A DNA stretch of 64,000 nucleotides, taken from NCBI GenBank assembly GCA_014896485.1, contig JADBKH010000007.1, forward strand, positions 83,963 to 147,962, given 5' to 3'. A program made the translations under genes and the position numbers. Below are positions 18,662-28,616 of this stretch, one piece after another. Origin of the DNA: Bacillota bacterium. Lineage in GTDB: Bacteria > Bacillota > Bacilli > Bu12. The notes under the pieces were generated by a model, which saw only the letters and a program-made list of their open reading frames with translations, did no database searches and was not told the DNA's origin. Position 1 is the stretch's first letter, and each line of letters starts with the position of its first letter.

Positions 18662-20377
18662 TTACCCGTTTCGCAATCCCGCTGCCAGGGTCAACATCTC
18701 TTGGGCGCTTTGCCGGGTCAGCTGGGTCACTTTGGCTCCTCCCAGCATGCGCGCCAGCTCTTCTACGCGTTGACTTCCTTCCAGATGTATAGCCTTTGTC
18801 TGCGTGCGGCCGCCCGACTGGATCTTGGCAACGCTGATGTGCAGGTTTCCCATTGCAGCGATTTGCGGTAAGTGCGTAACGCACAATACCTGCTGATGGC
18901 GAGCGAGGCTGGCCAGCTTTTCGGCTAGGGCTTGTCCACTTCGTCCGGCGACTCCAGTATCCACTTCGTCAAATACCAAGGTATCCACCTCGCCCATCGT
19001 ATGGATCGTCACCTTTAAGGCGAGGATCAATCGAGACAGCTCACCCCCAGAAGCGACCCGCTCCAAAGGACGAGGGGGTTCTCCAGCATTGGCTGCCAAC
19101 AGGAATCGGATGGTCTCGCTCCCTGATGGTGATACAATCTGGTGGTCGATTTCCAGGCCCCGCTTGATAGGTTCGAAAGCTACCGTGACCCTGCTGTTCG
19201 ACATATGTAGCGCCTGCAGGTGCTTCTCTACCTCTGCAGAAAAAAGCGGCGCCGCTTGATGACGAAGCTGCGAAAGAACAGTGTCTGCCTGACGGTAGTC
19301 GTCAAGAAGATGGGCACACCTCTTACGCAACGCGATTGCCTCATCCTCCAGGTGTTGCAAGCGCTCTCCCTCTTCACGCCTTGCTTGGGCATAAGCGAGA
19401 ATATCGGGTATGGTAGCCCCATACTTGTGCTTGAGTCGCTCAATGGAGGCCAGCCGCTCTTCTACTTCGGCCAATCGCGATGGATCGGACGAGATTTGAT
19501 CCGCATGCTGGCGAAGACTGTGCGCAAGTTCTTCGACACGCATGGCCAGCTCGTTGGCCTCTTGTGCCCACGAAGCGGCCTCGGGATCGAAGGAGCCAAT
19601 CGTTGATAATGCCGCGGCAGCAGCAGCCAGCTCATCGTAAGCAGTTGGTAACCCATTTTCACCCTCATACAGGTGGACAAAAGCTTCGCGAAAGCGTAAC
19701 AGCCGTTCCTGAACGTGACGTAACGCTTCCCGCTCCTCTAACAGCGCCTCATCTTCTCCAGGTTGTGGTGCCACATGTTCGATCTCTGCGCATTCGTAGG
19801 CGATTAAATCCAGTTCACGTTCGCGTTGCCTGGACTGCTCCTCCAATTTCTGTAGCTCCGCCTGCGTCTCTGCGATCGCTTCGTAGTATTTCCGAACACG
19901 TTGTCGTTCTTGTGCGGCCTCATCGCCGATAAACGCGTCTAAGAAAGCGACGTGTTCTACAGGATCCAAGAGCCTTTGCTGCTGATGTTGGCCGCAAAAA
20001 TCGACGAGGTGGCGCTGTAATTGCCGCAAAGTCGCCAATCCCACTGGGATGCCATTGGCCCGTGCGGTACTACGGCCGGATGAGGTCACTTCGCGATGCA
20101 ACACCAAACCGCCATCTTCTTCGACGGCGATTCCGAGTGCCTCAGCTTGTTGACGCTGGGTGTCATTTAAACGGAAAGCAGCATCAACCGTCGCTTTCTC
20201 CGCTTGCTCTCGCACCCATTCCATTCCCCCCCGTTCACCCAATGCCAGCATCAGGGCATCGACAATCATCGATTTTCCTGCGCCGGTTTCTCCTGTGATG
20301 ACGTTGAGGCCTAGATCGAACTCCAACGAGAGCTCTTCGATAAGGGCAAGGTTACGCACGTGCAGTTCCTCAACCAC
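18662..20377 (-). CDS. recN: DNA repair protein RecN
   Basis: Walker A GETGAGKS, long coiled coil, C-terminal signature and Walker B GELSRL...LVFDEVD. Confidence 0.9.
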   Translation of the reverse strand: MVEELHVRNLALIEELSLEFDLGLNVITGETGAGKSMIVDALMLALGERGGMEWVREQAEKATVDAAFRLNDTQRQQAEALGIAVEEDGGLVLHREVTSSGRSTARANGIPVGLATLRQLQRHLVDFCGQHQQQRLLDPVEHVAFLDAFIGDEAAQERQRVRKYYEAIAETQAELQKLEEQSRQRERELDLIAYECAEIEHVAPQPGEDEALLEEREALRHVQERLLRFREAFVHLYEGENGLPTAYDELAAAAAALSTIGSFDPEAASWAQEANELAMRVEELAHSLRQHADQISSDPSRLAEVEERLASIERLKHKYGATIPDILAYAQARREEGERLQHLEDEAIALRKRCAHLLDDYRQADTVLSQLRHQAAPLFSAEVEKHLQALHMSNSRVTVAFEPIKRGLEIDHQIVSPSGSETIRFLLAANAGEPPRPLERVASGGELSRLILALKVTIHTMGEVDTLVFDEVDTGVAGRSGQALAEKLASLARHQQVLCVTHLPQIAAMGNLHISVAKIQSGGRTQTKAIHLEGSQRVEELARMLGGAKVTQLTRQSAQEMLTLAAGLRNG

Positions 20378-20397
20378 GCCCTAACCTCCCGTTTCTT

Positions 20398-20865
20398 TCA
20401 AGAAGTGGACGCATAGTGTTCAAGCCTTTGGCAGACCATTTCCGCCCCTTTGGAATCCCTGCAGACCAGAAGGCAGGTGTCATCCCCACAAATGGTTCCC
20501 AGTACCTCTTCCCAGCCGATGGCATCCAAAATGGATCCAACCGCGTGCGCATTGCCCGGAAGAGTGTGTAATACAACCAGGTTTTGTGCAGCAGCAACTC
20601 CGCGGAAGATCTCAGGCAACAGATGGCTCAAACGCGTTCCCGGTTCGAGCGTTCCTTCTTGGGGAAGTGCATAGACACTTCGACCGTCGTTGGTCAGCCG
20701 TTTCACCAAGCCAAGTTCATGGATGTCACGAGAGATCGTGGCTTGTGCGACCTCATAACCACGGCTGCGCAGTGCAGCGGCAAGCTCGGCCTGAGTCTCA
20801 ATCGGTGTCGAAGCTACCAGGTCGCGAATTGCCTTGAGTCGTTCTGCTTTACTGGGCTGACGCAT
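20398..20865 (-). CDS. argR: Arginine repressor
   Basis: RLKAIRDLV...TQAELAAAL...ATISRDIHELGLVK plus a C-terminal oligomerisation domain. The ATG overlaps the nadK TGA by 1 nt. Confidence 0.85.
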   Translation of the reverse strand: MRQPSKAERLKAIRDLVASTPIETQAELAAALRSRGYEVAQATISRDIHELGLVKRLTNDGRSVYALPQEGTLEPGTRLSHLLPEIFRGVAAAQNLVVLHTLPGNAHAVGSILDAIGWEEVLGTICGDDTCLLVCRDSKGAEMVCQRLEHYASTS

Positions 20866-21749
20866 CACTCTTCCTGCTCCTGCTCGATCCAGTCGCGACG
20901 ATGCTCTTGAAGCTTGTGGCGCAGGACATCGTAAAACGATCGCTGAAAGATACGGATGAGCCGTGTCGAAAAGGGCGCACGGGTCACTCGCACCTCATCG
21001 CCGACTTGCAGGTGAATACCGAGCTGGCCGTCGACGGTTAAACCGATGTCGCGATGGGTAGCTTGCACACGAACCCGCACCTCTTCCTGATCCGAGAGCA
21101 CGACTGAACGCGCATCGAGGGTATGCGGACAAATTGGGGTGACGATAATGCCATTGACAGTGGGACTGACAACCGGGCCTCCGGCTGAAAGGGAGTAGGC
21201 AGTCGATCCGGTGGGACTGGAAAGGATGACCCCGTCTGCTGGATAGACGGCGAGCAAGGTATCGTTTACGTAGACGGAAAGTGTTATCAGCCGTGAAAAG
21301 GAGCCCTTGGTGATACCGATGTCGTTGAGTGCAACGACCGTCTCCACGCGGTTCCCATTGCGCCAAACCTCGGCGTAGAGCATCGAACGCTCTTCAATGC
21401 GAAAGGCATTGGCATCGATTTGAGAAAGGGCTTTGGAGACATCGTCGGGTTCGACTTCCGTCAAGAAGCCCATATGGCCAAAGTTGATGCCCAAAATGGG
21501 GACCCCCTTGGGCGCCCACGTCCGCGCCACACTCAATAAAGTGCCATCCCCTCCCAGCGAAATGGCCCAATCCAATGGCGTTTCCGCCGTTAAGGGCTGC
21601 AAAGGGGGCTGTACGTCCGCAAATGCAGCAGCCGATCCATAAACGACCGCTCCGTGGGAACGCAATTGAGAAACGACATTGCCCACCACTTCACCAATCT
21701 TTGGAAAGGCGGTGTGGGCGACGATTCCGACACGCCCCATCACCGTCAT
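20865..21749 (-). CDS. nadK: NAD kinase
   Basis: GGDGTLL and NFGHMGFL motifs. The start codon is ambiguous among ATG, GTG and ATG within 9 nt. Confidence 0.85.
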   Translation of the reverse strand: MTVMGRVGIVAHTAFPKIGEVVGNVVSQLRSHGAVVYGSAAAFADVQPPLQPLTAETPLDWAISLGGDGTLLSVARTWAPKGVPILGINFGHMGFLTEVEPDDVSKALSQIDANAFRIEERSMLYAEVWRNGNRVETVVALNDIGITKGSFSRLITLSVYVNDTLLAVYPADGVILSSPTGSTAYSLSAGGPVVSPTVNGIIVTPICPHTLDARSVVLSDQEEVRVRVQATHRDIGLTVDGQLGIHLQVGDEVRVTRAPFSTRLIRIFQRSFYDVLRHKLQEHRRDWIEQEQEE

Positions 21750-22252
21750 CGTCCTCCTTGCCACAGCAGATAGAACAACAGCGCGCCTCCTGCCATCCAA
21801 GCCAGATTATGAGAGATACGTCGCAAGCGCGTACTCCAGGGCAGCCAAAGGCGCAAAGAAACATCCCGTATCTTACCGTGTTCTTCATCGAGATACAGCA
21901 ACCCATATTGTGGATAGACCAGCTTATAAGGCAACATCACGTCCCGGATGAAACCACCTGCTCGGCCCGAAGCATCGTGGACACGTTTGACGGCGTACAA
22001 CCTTCCCTGCCTTTGGGCGATGTAGTCGACGATGAGATGGCTGTCATAATGGTGATCATCGACTTCTACAGCAACTGGGATCTCTCGACGTCCGTCTACG
22101 ACCTCGAATCCTGCACGCCGCAAAAGAAGGGCACCCGCATCGCGTGGACCTGGCTTCCCCCGGTGAGAACGCTCTTGAAAATGCCGAATTAGGGTAAAAG
22201 CAGCCCATGCAATGATCAAAACGGCCAGAAACAGATCCTGCCGATGGACCAT
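21746..22252 (-). CDS. Hypothetical N-terminally membrane-anchored protein (possible nuclease-like fold)
   Basis: One TM helix (LFLAVLIIAWAAFTLI) then a roughly 130-aa domain (FEVVDGRREIPVAVEVDDHHYDSHLIVDYIAQRQGRLYAVKRV). ATGA overlap with nadK and 1 nt gap after tlyA. Confidence 0.45.
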   Translation of the reverse strand: MVHRQDLFLAVLIIAWAAFTLIRHFQERSHRGKPGPRDAGALLLRRAGFEVVDGRREIPVAVEVDDHHYDSHLIVDYIAQRQGRLYAVKRVHDASGRAGGFIRDVMLPYKLVYPQYGLLYLDEEHGKIRDVSLRLWLPWSTRLRRISHNLAWMAGGALLFYLLWQGGR

Positions 22253-22253
22253 C

Positions 22254-23102
22254 TCACTCTACGCTCCGCTTTGACGGCGGTATCAGCGTACTGTGTGCAT
22301 CTCCTACAAGCTTTTCAATGGTTTCCTGCGAAACATGGCAAGTGGCAGGTTTACTGATGCCGCGCCGCGCGTAGAGGAAAAACTCCATGTTTCCGTCGCT
22401 TCCCAGGATCGGCGAAAATGTGATCCCTTCCACCTCAAAACCGCTGATACATGCCCTCTCGCATGCATGGCGCAAAACCGCACAATGAACCTGCGTATTC
22501 CGGACGATGCCGCCTTTTTCCACCTGAGAACGTCCTGCTTCAAACTGTGGTTTCACCAGTGTGAGCAACCAAGCGTTCTCGGTTAAAAGGTTTGCCAGCA
22601 CAGGCAGCAGCAAATCGATCGAGATAAACGATACGTCCATCACCGCGGCATCCGGACGAAACGGAAGCTGTGCCGCCGACAAGTACCGGGCGTTTATCCG
22701 CTCTAAGACAAAGACACGAGGATCGTTGCGCAAACGCCAGTGGAGCTGGCCATGGCCCACATCGAGGGCGATGACGCGAGCGGCCCCATTTTGCAGCAAG
22801 CAATCCGTAAATCCGCCTGTCGATGCTCCAACATCCAGAATCGATAACCCCGAAACAGGAGGATGGAAAACAGTGAGTGCGTGCTCCAGTTTTTCGCCTC
22901 CACGGCCGACATAACGGCGCGGTAGGCCACGAACTTCAAGGGGAACATCTGCTGTGACGCGATCACCTGGTTTCGGGTTGGGTTGTCCAGGGCAGAAAAT
23001 CTGTCCTGCTAACAACATGCGCTTTGCTTCTTCGCGAGAAGGGGCGATCCCTCGCTCGACGAGCAGCGCATCGAGACGTACCTTGGGCTGCCGTACGTTC
23101 AA
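22254..23102 (-). CDS. tlyA: TlyA-family rRNA 2'-O-methyltransferase (S4 + FtsJ domains)
   Basis: RLDALLVERGIAPSREEAKRMLLAGQI is the S4 domain. LDVGASTGGFTDCLL is the SAM-binding motif. TTG start overlaps the dxs TGA. Confidence 0.8.
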   Translation of the reverse strand: MNVRQPKVRLDALLVERGIAPSREEAKRMLLAGQIFCPGQPNPKPGDRVTADVPLEVRGLPRRYVGRGGEKLEHALTVFHPPVSGLSILDVGASTGGFTDCLLQNGAARVIALDVGHGQLHWRLRNDPRVFVLERINARYLSAAQLPFRPDAAVMDVSFISIDLLLPVLANLLTENAWLLTLVKPQFEAGRSQVEKGGIVRNTQVHCAVLRHACERACISGFEVEGITFSPILGSDGNMEFFLYARRGISKPATCHVSQETIEKLVGDAHSTLIPPSKRSVE

Positions 23103-25036
23103 GAAGAGATCACCCGCAGCTGCGGACGTTCGGCCTTCTTGCGTGCCAAAAGTTGCTGTGCTGTCTCGACCAGGTGCCCTGCGGTCAAACCAACATGTTC
23201 CAAAAGTTCTCCACGCTGCCCTTGCGGCACAAAGGCGTCGTCCAATCCGATACGGACGACTGTTGCTGGCTCTCCCCCATCGTTGAGCGCTTCTAAGACA
23301 GCACTCCCGAATCCTCCCATGCGGACGTGTTCTTCCGCCGTGACGATGGGGATGCCTTGCTTGGCCAAGGAGGTGAGGGTCGATTGATCAATAGGCTTGA
23401 TAAAACGCGCATTGTATACAGATGCGTCGATCCCGCCCTTTGCAAGCCGTGTTGCTGCTTCCACGGCAACACGGTGCATCGGTCCGAGCGCGACAAAAGC
23501 GAGTTGAGGCTTTTCGCAAGCAACAGTCTGCTGCATGTGCCCGATGGGTAGGGCGCGTAGCTCTTGATCGAGCGGCACCCCTTCTCCTACACCTCGTGGG
23601 TAACGGATGGCCACAGGTCCTTCTAGGCGGAGAGCGGTATAAAGCATATGTTGAAGCTCGTTTTCATCTTTGGGCATCATCAGCGTCAGGTTGGGGATGT
23701 GCCGCAGATAGGCGATATCGAAGATGCCTTGATGGCTATCCCCATCTTGTCCAACCAAGCCAGCACGATCAATTGCGAAGAGGACCGGAAGATTTTGACG
23801 ACAGACGTCATGGACGATCTCATCATAGGCACGCTGCAGAAAAGTGGAGTAGACGGCAAAAACCGGTCGTTTGCCTTCTGCTGCCAATGCTGCGGCCATC
23901 GTGGTCGCATGTTCTTCTGCAATGCCGACATCAAAAGTGCGATTGGGAAACACCTCTGCAAAACGGTTGAGTTGGGTACCGTCTGGCATGGCTGCTGTAA
24001 TCGCGACGATGCGTGGATCTTCTTGGGCCAAGCGAATCAAGGTCTGTGCGAAGACCTCACTGTAACTCTTGCGCTGGGCCCGTTGTTTGGGCTCTCCTGT
24101 TGCAATGACAAAGGGTGCAGGAGAGTGAAAGGCATTTGGATCTTGCTCTGCCGGTGCATACCCCTTCCCCTTTTGCGTCAGGACATGGATGACCACAGGC
24201 CCTTCCAATTCTTTGGCATGGGAGAGTACGTTCTCCAGCTCAGCAGTACGGTGCCCATTGATCGGTCCCAGATAGGTAAATCCTAGCTCCTCGAACCACA
24301 TGCCCGGGACGATCCATTGTTTGACACCCTCTTTCAGCCGTTCGGCACTACGACTGAGAGATTTTCCTGCCGGAAAATGTTCGAGTACGCTTTTCGCCTC
24401 ATTTTTGAGTCGCAAGTAACTGCGGTCTGTACGCATACGCGCCAGTAGAACCGAGACAGCGCCCACATTTGGTGCGATGGACCACTCGTTGTCGTTGAGT
24501 ACCACGATCAGCCTGCGTCTCGATTCCCCGATATTGTTCAACGCTTCCAACGTCAATCCCGAAGTTAACGCACCATCTCCTACAATGGCGACGACGTGAT
24601 AATGACCGCCGGATAAATCTCGTGCAACGGCTATTCCATAAGCTGCAGATAAACCTGTTCCTGCATGACCCGTATCAAAGCGATCATGCACACTTTCTTC
24701 CCGACGTGGAAAACCGGAGAGTCCACCGTATTGGCGCAATCGCTCGAATCCATTGCGCCGACCTGTAATGATTTTATGGGTGTAAGCTTGATGGCCGGTA
24801 TCCCAGACAATGCGATCGACCGGACTGTTGAAGACACGGTGGATGGCCAGCGTCAGTTCCACGACACCGAGACTGGGTGCCAGGTGTCCGCCGTTTTGGC
24901 TCACTTTTTCGATGATGAACCGGCGGATTTCTTCTGCAAGTTCTTCCAGCTGTGCTTCGTCCAGTCGCTTGAGATCCGCAGGTGAATTGATCGATTCGAG
25001 CAGCAAAATTTCCGCCTCGCTCTCATTCTCCTCCAC
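23099..25036 (-). CDS. dxs: 1-deoxy-D-xylulose-5-phosphate synthase
   Basis: TPP motif GDGALTSG and the transketolase-like fold along the full 645 aa. Confidence 0.95.
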   Translation of the reverse strand: MEENESEAEILLLESINSPADLKRLDEAQLEELAEEIRRFIIEKVSQNGGHLAPSLGVVELTLAIHRVFNSPVDRIVWDTGHQAYTHKIITGRRNGFERLRQYGGLSGFPRREESVHDRFDTGHAGTGLSAAYGIAVARDLSGGHYHVVAIVGDGALTSGLTLEALNNIGESRRRLIVVLNDNEWSIAPNVGAVSVLLARMRTDRSYLRLKNEAKSVLEHFPAGKSLSRSAERLKEGVKQWIVPGMWFEELGFTYLGPINGHRTAELENVLSHAKELEGPVVIHVLTQKGKGYAPAEQDPNAFHSPAPFVIATGEPKQRAQRKSYSEVFAQTLIRLAQEDPRIVAITAAMPDGTQLNRFAEVFPNRTFDVGIAEEHATTMAAALAAEGKRPVFAVYSTFLQRAYDEIVHDVCRQNLPVLFAIDRAGLVGQDGDSHQGIFDIAYLRHIPNLTLMMPKDENELQHMLYTALRLEGPVAIRYPRGVGEGVPLDQELRALPIGHMQQTVACEKPQLAFVALGPMHRVAVEAATRLAKGGIDASVYNARFIKPIDQSTLTSLAKQGIPIVTAEEHVRMGGFGSAVLEALNDGGEPATVVRIGLDDAFVPQGQRGELLEHVGLTAGHLVETAQQLLARKKAERPQLRVISS

Positions 25037-25091
25037 ATCATACTACAGGATGGCGATCATGCATTGCGTTTCGTGGACTTACGCAATGATT

Positions 25092-25997
25092 TCAGTAAGA
25101 ACGTGCTTGTGCAAAAGCGACCAATGCCTTCAGGGCGGTCGGCTCAGGCAACGTTTTTAGGTGCGCGCAAGCATTTTCGTACAACCGTCGATAGGTTTGC
25201 TGGCTCTTCTCTAGCCCGACGATGGCAGGATATGTCGCTTTGCCAAGTGCGGCATCGCGTCCCGCGGCTTTACCCAGTTGTTTGGTTTCTCCAATTTCAT
25301 CGAGCACGTCGTCTTGAATTTGAAAAGCCAAACCGATTTCCTCACCAAAGCGTTGAAGCGCATCTTGCTGTGCTGGTGATGCACCACCAATCAACCCGCC
25401 AATGCGGACAGATGCGGCGATCAAGGCCGCAGTCTTGTTCCGATGAATATAATGTACTTCTTCGATACCGATATATCTTTTCGCTGTTGCTTCTATGTCA
25501 GCCTCTTGTCCACCGACCATGCCTTCTGCACCTGCCGCTTTTGCAAGCATGTGTACCGCTTGTGCTGCGATAGTCGAAGGAAGTGTGTAGCCCTCTATGG
25601 TTGTGGTCATCAGGAAGAAGGCAGCCGTCAGCAATGCGTCCCCTGCCAAAAGAGCCGTCGCTTCGCCAAAGACTTTGTGATTGCTGGGACGGCCTCGACG
25701 CAGATCGTCATTGTCCATCGCGGGGAGATCATCGTGGATGAGCGAGTATGTATGGAGCACTTCGATAGCACACGCAGCCGGCAGGGTTTGGCGCGGGTCG
25801 CCACCACATGCTTCACAGGCAGCAAAAAGCAATGCAGGCCGAAAGCGCTTCCCACCTGCATAGAGCGTATAGGCCATGGCCTCCCGCAGGTGCTGAGGTG
25901 TATCCTCCAACGTCTCTATCCAGTGGTGCAGGGCCGGATCGAGACGTTGCGTGCTTTCCCGTAGATAGGCCTCACCGCGTTGGATTTCAGGTAGCAT
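25092..25997 (-). CDS. ispA: Farnesyl/geranylgeranyl diphosphate synthase
   Basis: First Asp-rich motif LIHDDLPAMDNDDLRRG and second motif FQIQDDVLD. Confidence 0.9.
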   Translation of the reverse strand: MLPEIQRGEAYLRESTQRLDPALHHWIETLEDTPQHLREAMAYTLYAGGKRFRPALLFAACEACGGDPRQTLPAACAIEVLHTYSLIHDDLPAMDNDDLRRGRPSNHKVFGEATALLAGDALLTAAFFLMTTTIEGYTLPSTIAAQAVHMLAKAAGAEGMVGGQEADIEATAKRYIGIEEVHYIHRNKTAALIAASVRIGGLIGGASPAQQDALQRFGEEIGLAFQIQDDVLDEIGETKQLGKAAGRDAALGKATYPAIVGLEKSQQTYRRLYENACAHLKTLPEPTALKALVAFAQARSY

Positions 25998-26236
25998 TAG
26001 CGCTCTGTTTCCTCTTGGTCATTCATCAGGTGGTGAATCTTAACTTCTGCATTTTTCAATTCTTCCTCGAGAAGTCGAACAAGGTGTACGCCTTCTTCAA
26101 ATCGACGCATTGCTTCATCCAAGGAAAGGTTTCCCTCTTCTAAAGCGTGCACGATTCCTTCTAGACGTTGCAATCGATCTTCAAAGGAAAGATCTTCGCC
26201 CAAAGTAGAGAGTTCAGGTTGGGACTCATCAATCAT
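25997..26236 (-). CDS. xseB: Exodeoxyribonuclease VII small subunit
   Basis: 79-aa helical protein (FEDRLQRLEGIVHALEEG) overlapping xseA. Confidence 0.85.
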   Translation of the reverse strand: MIDESQPELSTLGEDLSFEDRLQRLEGIVHALEEGNLSLDEAMRRFEEGVHLVRLLEEELKNAEVKIHHLMNDQEETER

Positions 26237-27569
26237 CTGTGGAAGGCTCCCTTTGGTGGACTTTCACATCGATGGTGCCATCGTGAAACTGAATCGTCAA
26301 TGTTTGGCTACGGTCGACGGCACTTGCACGCCGGACCACCTGGCCTTTTTGTCGTACGATCGCAAAGCCACGTTCCATCACATGCAGCGGCGAAAGTTCC
26401 TCCAAGGCCGTCATTTGTGCAACCACGCGTTCCTCCCGCTGCATTAGTAACTGGGCTTGCGCTTCCGCCAACTGGTTTCGGAGTGCAGCAACCCGTTGGT
26501 GAGCTTCTTCGAGCTCGCCATGTGGAGCTGCTGGTGAAAGGCGGGACAACCACATCTGGTTGTTTTGAAGGCGCGTACGTGTTTGCTCTAGCTTCCATGA
26601 GATGGCTAATTCAAGGGCGGAACGCAGTGTTTGAAAACGCTGCTTATCCCTCTCCAATCGCCCTCGGGGGCTAGCGGCGACAAGGTGCCAGCGCTTCGCA
26701 TCGAGGCGTTGCCGGGCCCAATTTACCTGAGCGCTGGCGGCCCGCTTTAACCCGTCTGCGGCCTGTTCGTAACGCTGACGCAGGTGTGGCACGTCTGCGC
26801 AGATCGCGTGTGCAGCAGCCGTGGGGGTCGCAACGGCCAAATCGGCAGCGAGGTCGGCCAAAGAAAAGTCGCCATCATGACCAATGCCGGTGACCACTGG
26901 AAGCTTTGCTGAAGCGATGGCCCGGACGATGGCTTCTTCGTCGAAAAGCGAGAGATCTTCTCTTGAGCCGCCTCCTCGTACCAAAAGTATCACTTCTCCA
27001 AAACCATCTCGATCAGCCCGGCGAATGGCCTCGGCAACCTCCGAAGCTACCTCCTTTCCTTGCACCGGGATGGGGTAAAGCCAAACTTCGCAACCCATCG
27101 ATTCCAATTGCAGCGTCGTTACGACATCATGGACTGCCCGGCCTTGCGCAGAAGTGATTAAGGCGATTCGTCGCGCTGCTCGTGGGATGGGACGCTTGTT
27201 CTGTGCATCGAACAACCCTTCTTGGGCAAGCCTTTTGCGGCGCTGTTCGAGGGCTAGAAAAGCTGCCCCAGCCCCATAAGGTTCAACGGCATCAATGAGT
27301 ATCTGTACTTGACCGCTCGCCTCATAGACGGCGACGTTGCCCTGCACCAGCACGTGCATTCCATCTTCTAACCCAAAAGGAAGGGTTTTGGCGACCCGAG
27401 CAAAGCAAACCGCACGCAGTTGTGCGGTCTCATCTTTGAGAACGAAAAACAGATGGCCCGCTGCAGTTTGACGTAAGGTGCTGACTTCGCCTTCTACCCA
27501 AAGGCCCGTGTAAAACGGATCGTCTTCGATGCTTTGCTTGATCGATTGGACCAGTTCACTGACCGACAA
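26229..27569 (-). CDS. xseA: Exodeoxyribonuclease VII large subunit
   Basis: OB-fold N-terminus (LWVEGEVS...HLFFVLKDE) plus the catalytic region. Confidence 0.9.
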   Translation of the reverse strand: MSVSELVQSIKQSIEDDPFYTGLWVEGEVSTLRQTAAGHLFFVLKDETAQLRAVCFARVAKTLPFGLEDGMHVLVQGNVAVYEASGQVQILIDAVEPYGAGAAFLALEQRRKRLAQEGLFDAQNKRPIPRAARRIALITSAQGRAVHDVVTTLQLESMGCEVWLYPIPVQGKEVASEVAEAIRRADRDGFGEVILLVRGGGSREDLSLFDEEAIVRAIASAKLPVVTGIGHDGDFSLADLAADLAVATPTAAAHAICADVPHLRQRYEQAADGLKRAASAQVNWARQRLDAKRWHLVAASPRGRLERDKQRFQTLRSALELAISWKLEQTRTRLQNNQMWLSRLSPAAPHGELEEAHQRVAALRNQLAEAQAQLLMQREERVVAQMTALEELSPLHVMERGFAIVRQKGQVVRRASAVDRSQTLTIQFHDGTIDVKVHQREPSTDD

Positions 27570-27635
27570 AGCAAAGGAGGCAGTCGGGGTATGCTGCCCT
27601 GATGCGGCCAGAGGAAAACCCTCCTTTGCGGTGAC

Positions 27636-28058
27636 TTACTCCCCATTGGACTGTTGTTTTCGGATCCGGGTAACATCGTCCAATGTACGGCTTAAAACAC
27701 CATTGATGAAACGATAGGAATCTGCCGTTCCGTATTTCTTGGCGATCTCGACGGCCTCATCGATTGCAATACCAGGAGAGAGTCCTTCTCCGATCATTTC
27801 GTACAAAGCCAAACGCAACAAGTTGCGATCGATCACCGCAATTCGATCCAACTGCCAACCTGAGGTCCGGGCGACGAGGATCTCATCAATTTTCTCGCGC
27901 AATGCACAGGTTCCATGCACCAGTTGAGCAGCATAGGCACGTGCCTCTTGTGAGCAACGTGCCAACGCCGTCTGCAGCGCTTGATCCTCCGGAATGTCAG
28001 CCAAGTCGATTTGGTAGAGAGCTGCCAAAGCTGCTTCTCGCGCCTCGCGTTGGTTCAT
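27636..28058 (-). CDS. nusB: Transcription antitermination factor NusB
   Basis: 140 aa. REAALAALYQ...AIDEAVEIAKKYG. Confidence 0.9.
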   Translation of the reverse strand: MNQREAREAALAALYQIDLADIPEDQALQTALARCSQEARAYAAQLVHGTCALREKIDEILVARTSGWQLDRIAVIDRNLLRLALYEMIGEGLSPGIAIDEAVEIAKKYGTADSYRFINGVLSRTLDDVTRIRKQQSNGE

Positions 28059-28082
28059 GCTTCCTCCCTATTTTTCCGTTCC

Positions 28083-28472
28083 TTATGAAAAGGCGATATC
28101 GGCGACACGGACATCGACGGCGGCAACATGCAACCCAGTCATCGATTCAAGCTGACGACGTACGTTCTCTTGGACAGCCATGGCGACTTCGGGAATGGCT
28201 TTGCCGTATTTGACAGAGATCGTGATTTCTACATGACATTCGTCTTCGTTGGATTCGACGCGTACGCCACGCGCGTTTGGATGCCGGACCCGATCGCCCA
28301 AGGATCCCAGGGGACCTCCTGCTGCCAATTCGGCAACGCCATCCACTTCAGAGGCTGCCATCGCTGCAATTCCTGCCAGCACTTCGTTTGCGATGCGCAC
28401 GGATCCTCCTTCAAGGGCAAAATCATTGCCCACCGGTTCAGGATCCCCCATTGTTGCGTCGTATTCGCTCAT
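28083..28472 (-). CDS. Asp23/Gls24-family alkaline shock protein (YqhY-like)
   Basis: IANEVLAGIAAMAASEVDGV...VEITISVKYGKAIPEVAMAVQENV. Confidence 0.8.
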   Translation of the reverse strand: MSEYDATMGDPEPVGNDFALEGGSVRIANEVLAGIAAMAASEVDGVAELAAGGPLGSLGDRVRHPNARGVRVESNEDECHVEITISVKYGKAIPEVAMAVQENVRRQLESMTGLHVAAVDVRVADIAFS

Positions 28473-28484
28473 TGGCTTTGACCC

Positions 28485-28525
28485 CCTCTGCACTATACCA
28501 TGCTCATGAATCGTTGGCAGATCAA
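28485..28525 (-). promoter_or_regulatory. Possible sigma-A promoter with extended -10 (TGGTATAGT) for asp23-nusB-xseAB
   Basis: TGGTATAGT read at 28492-28500 on the minus strand. The -35 is weak. Confidence 0.3.
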
Positions 28526-28564
28526 GAGTAGCGCAAGGTGGAAGCGCTCACAATGAAGCACGAA

Positions 28565-28594
28565 CGAAAAAGTGGCCGTCGCGTTCGGCCACTT
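28565..28594 (-). terminator. Intrinsic terminator after spoIIIAH
   Basis: GTGGCCG AACGCGA CGGCCAC followed by TTTTTCGTT on the minus strand. Confidence 0.7.
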
Positions 28595-28616
28595 GTATCC
28601 CTTGAGGAGACTGCGA

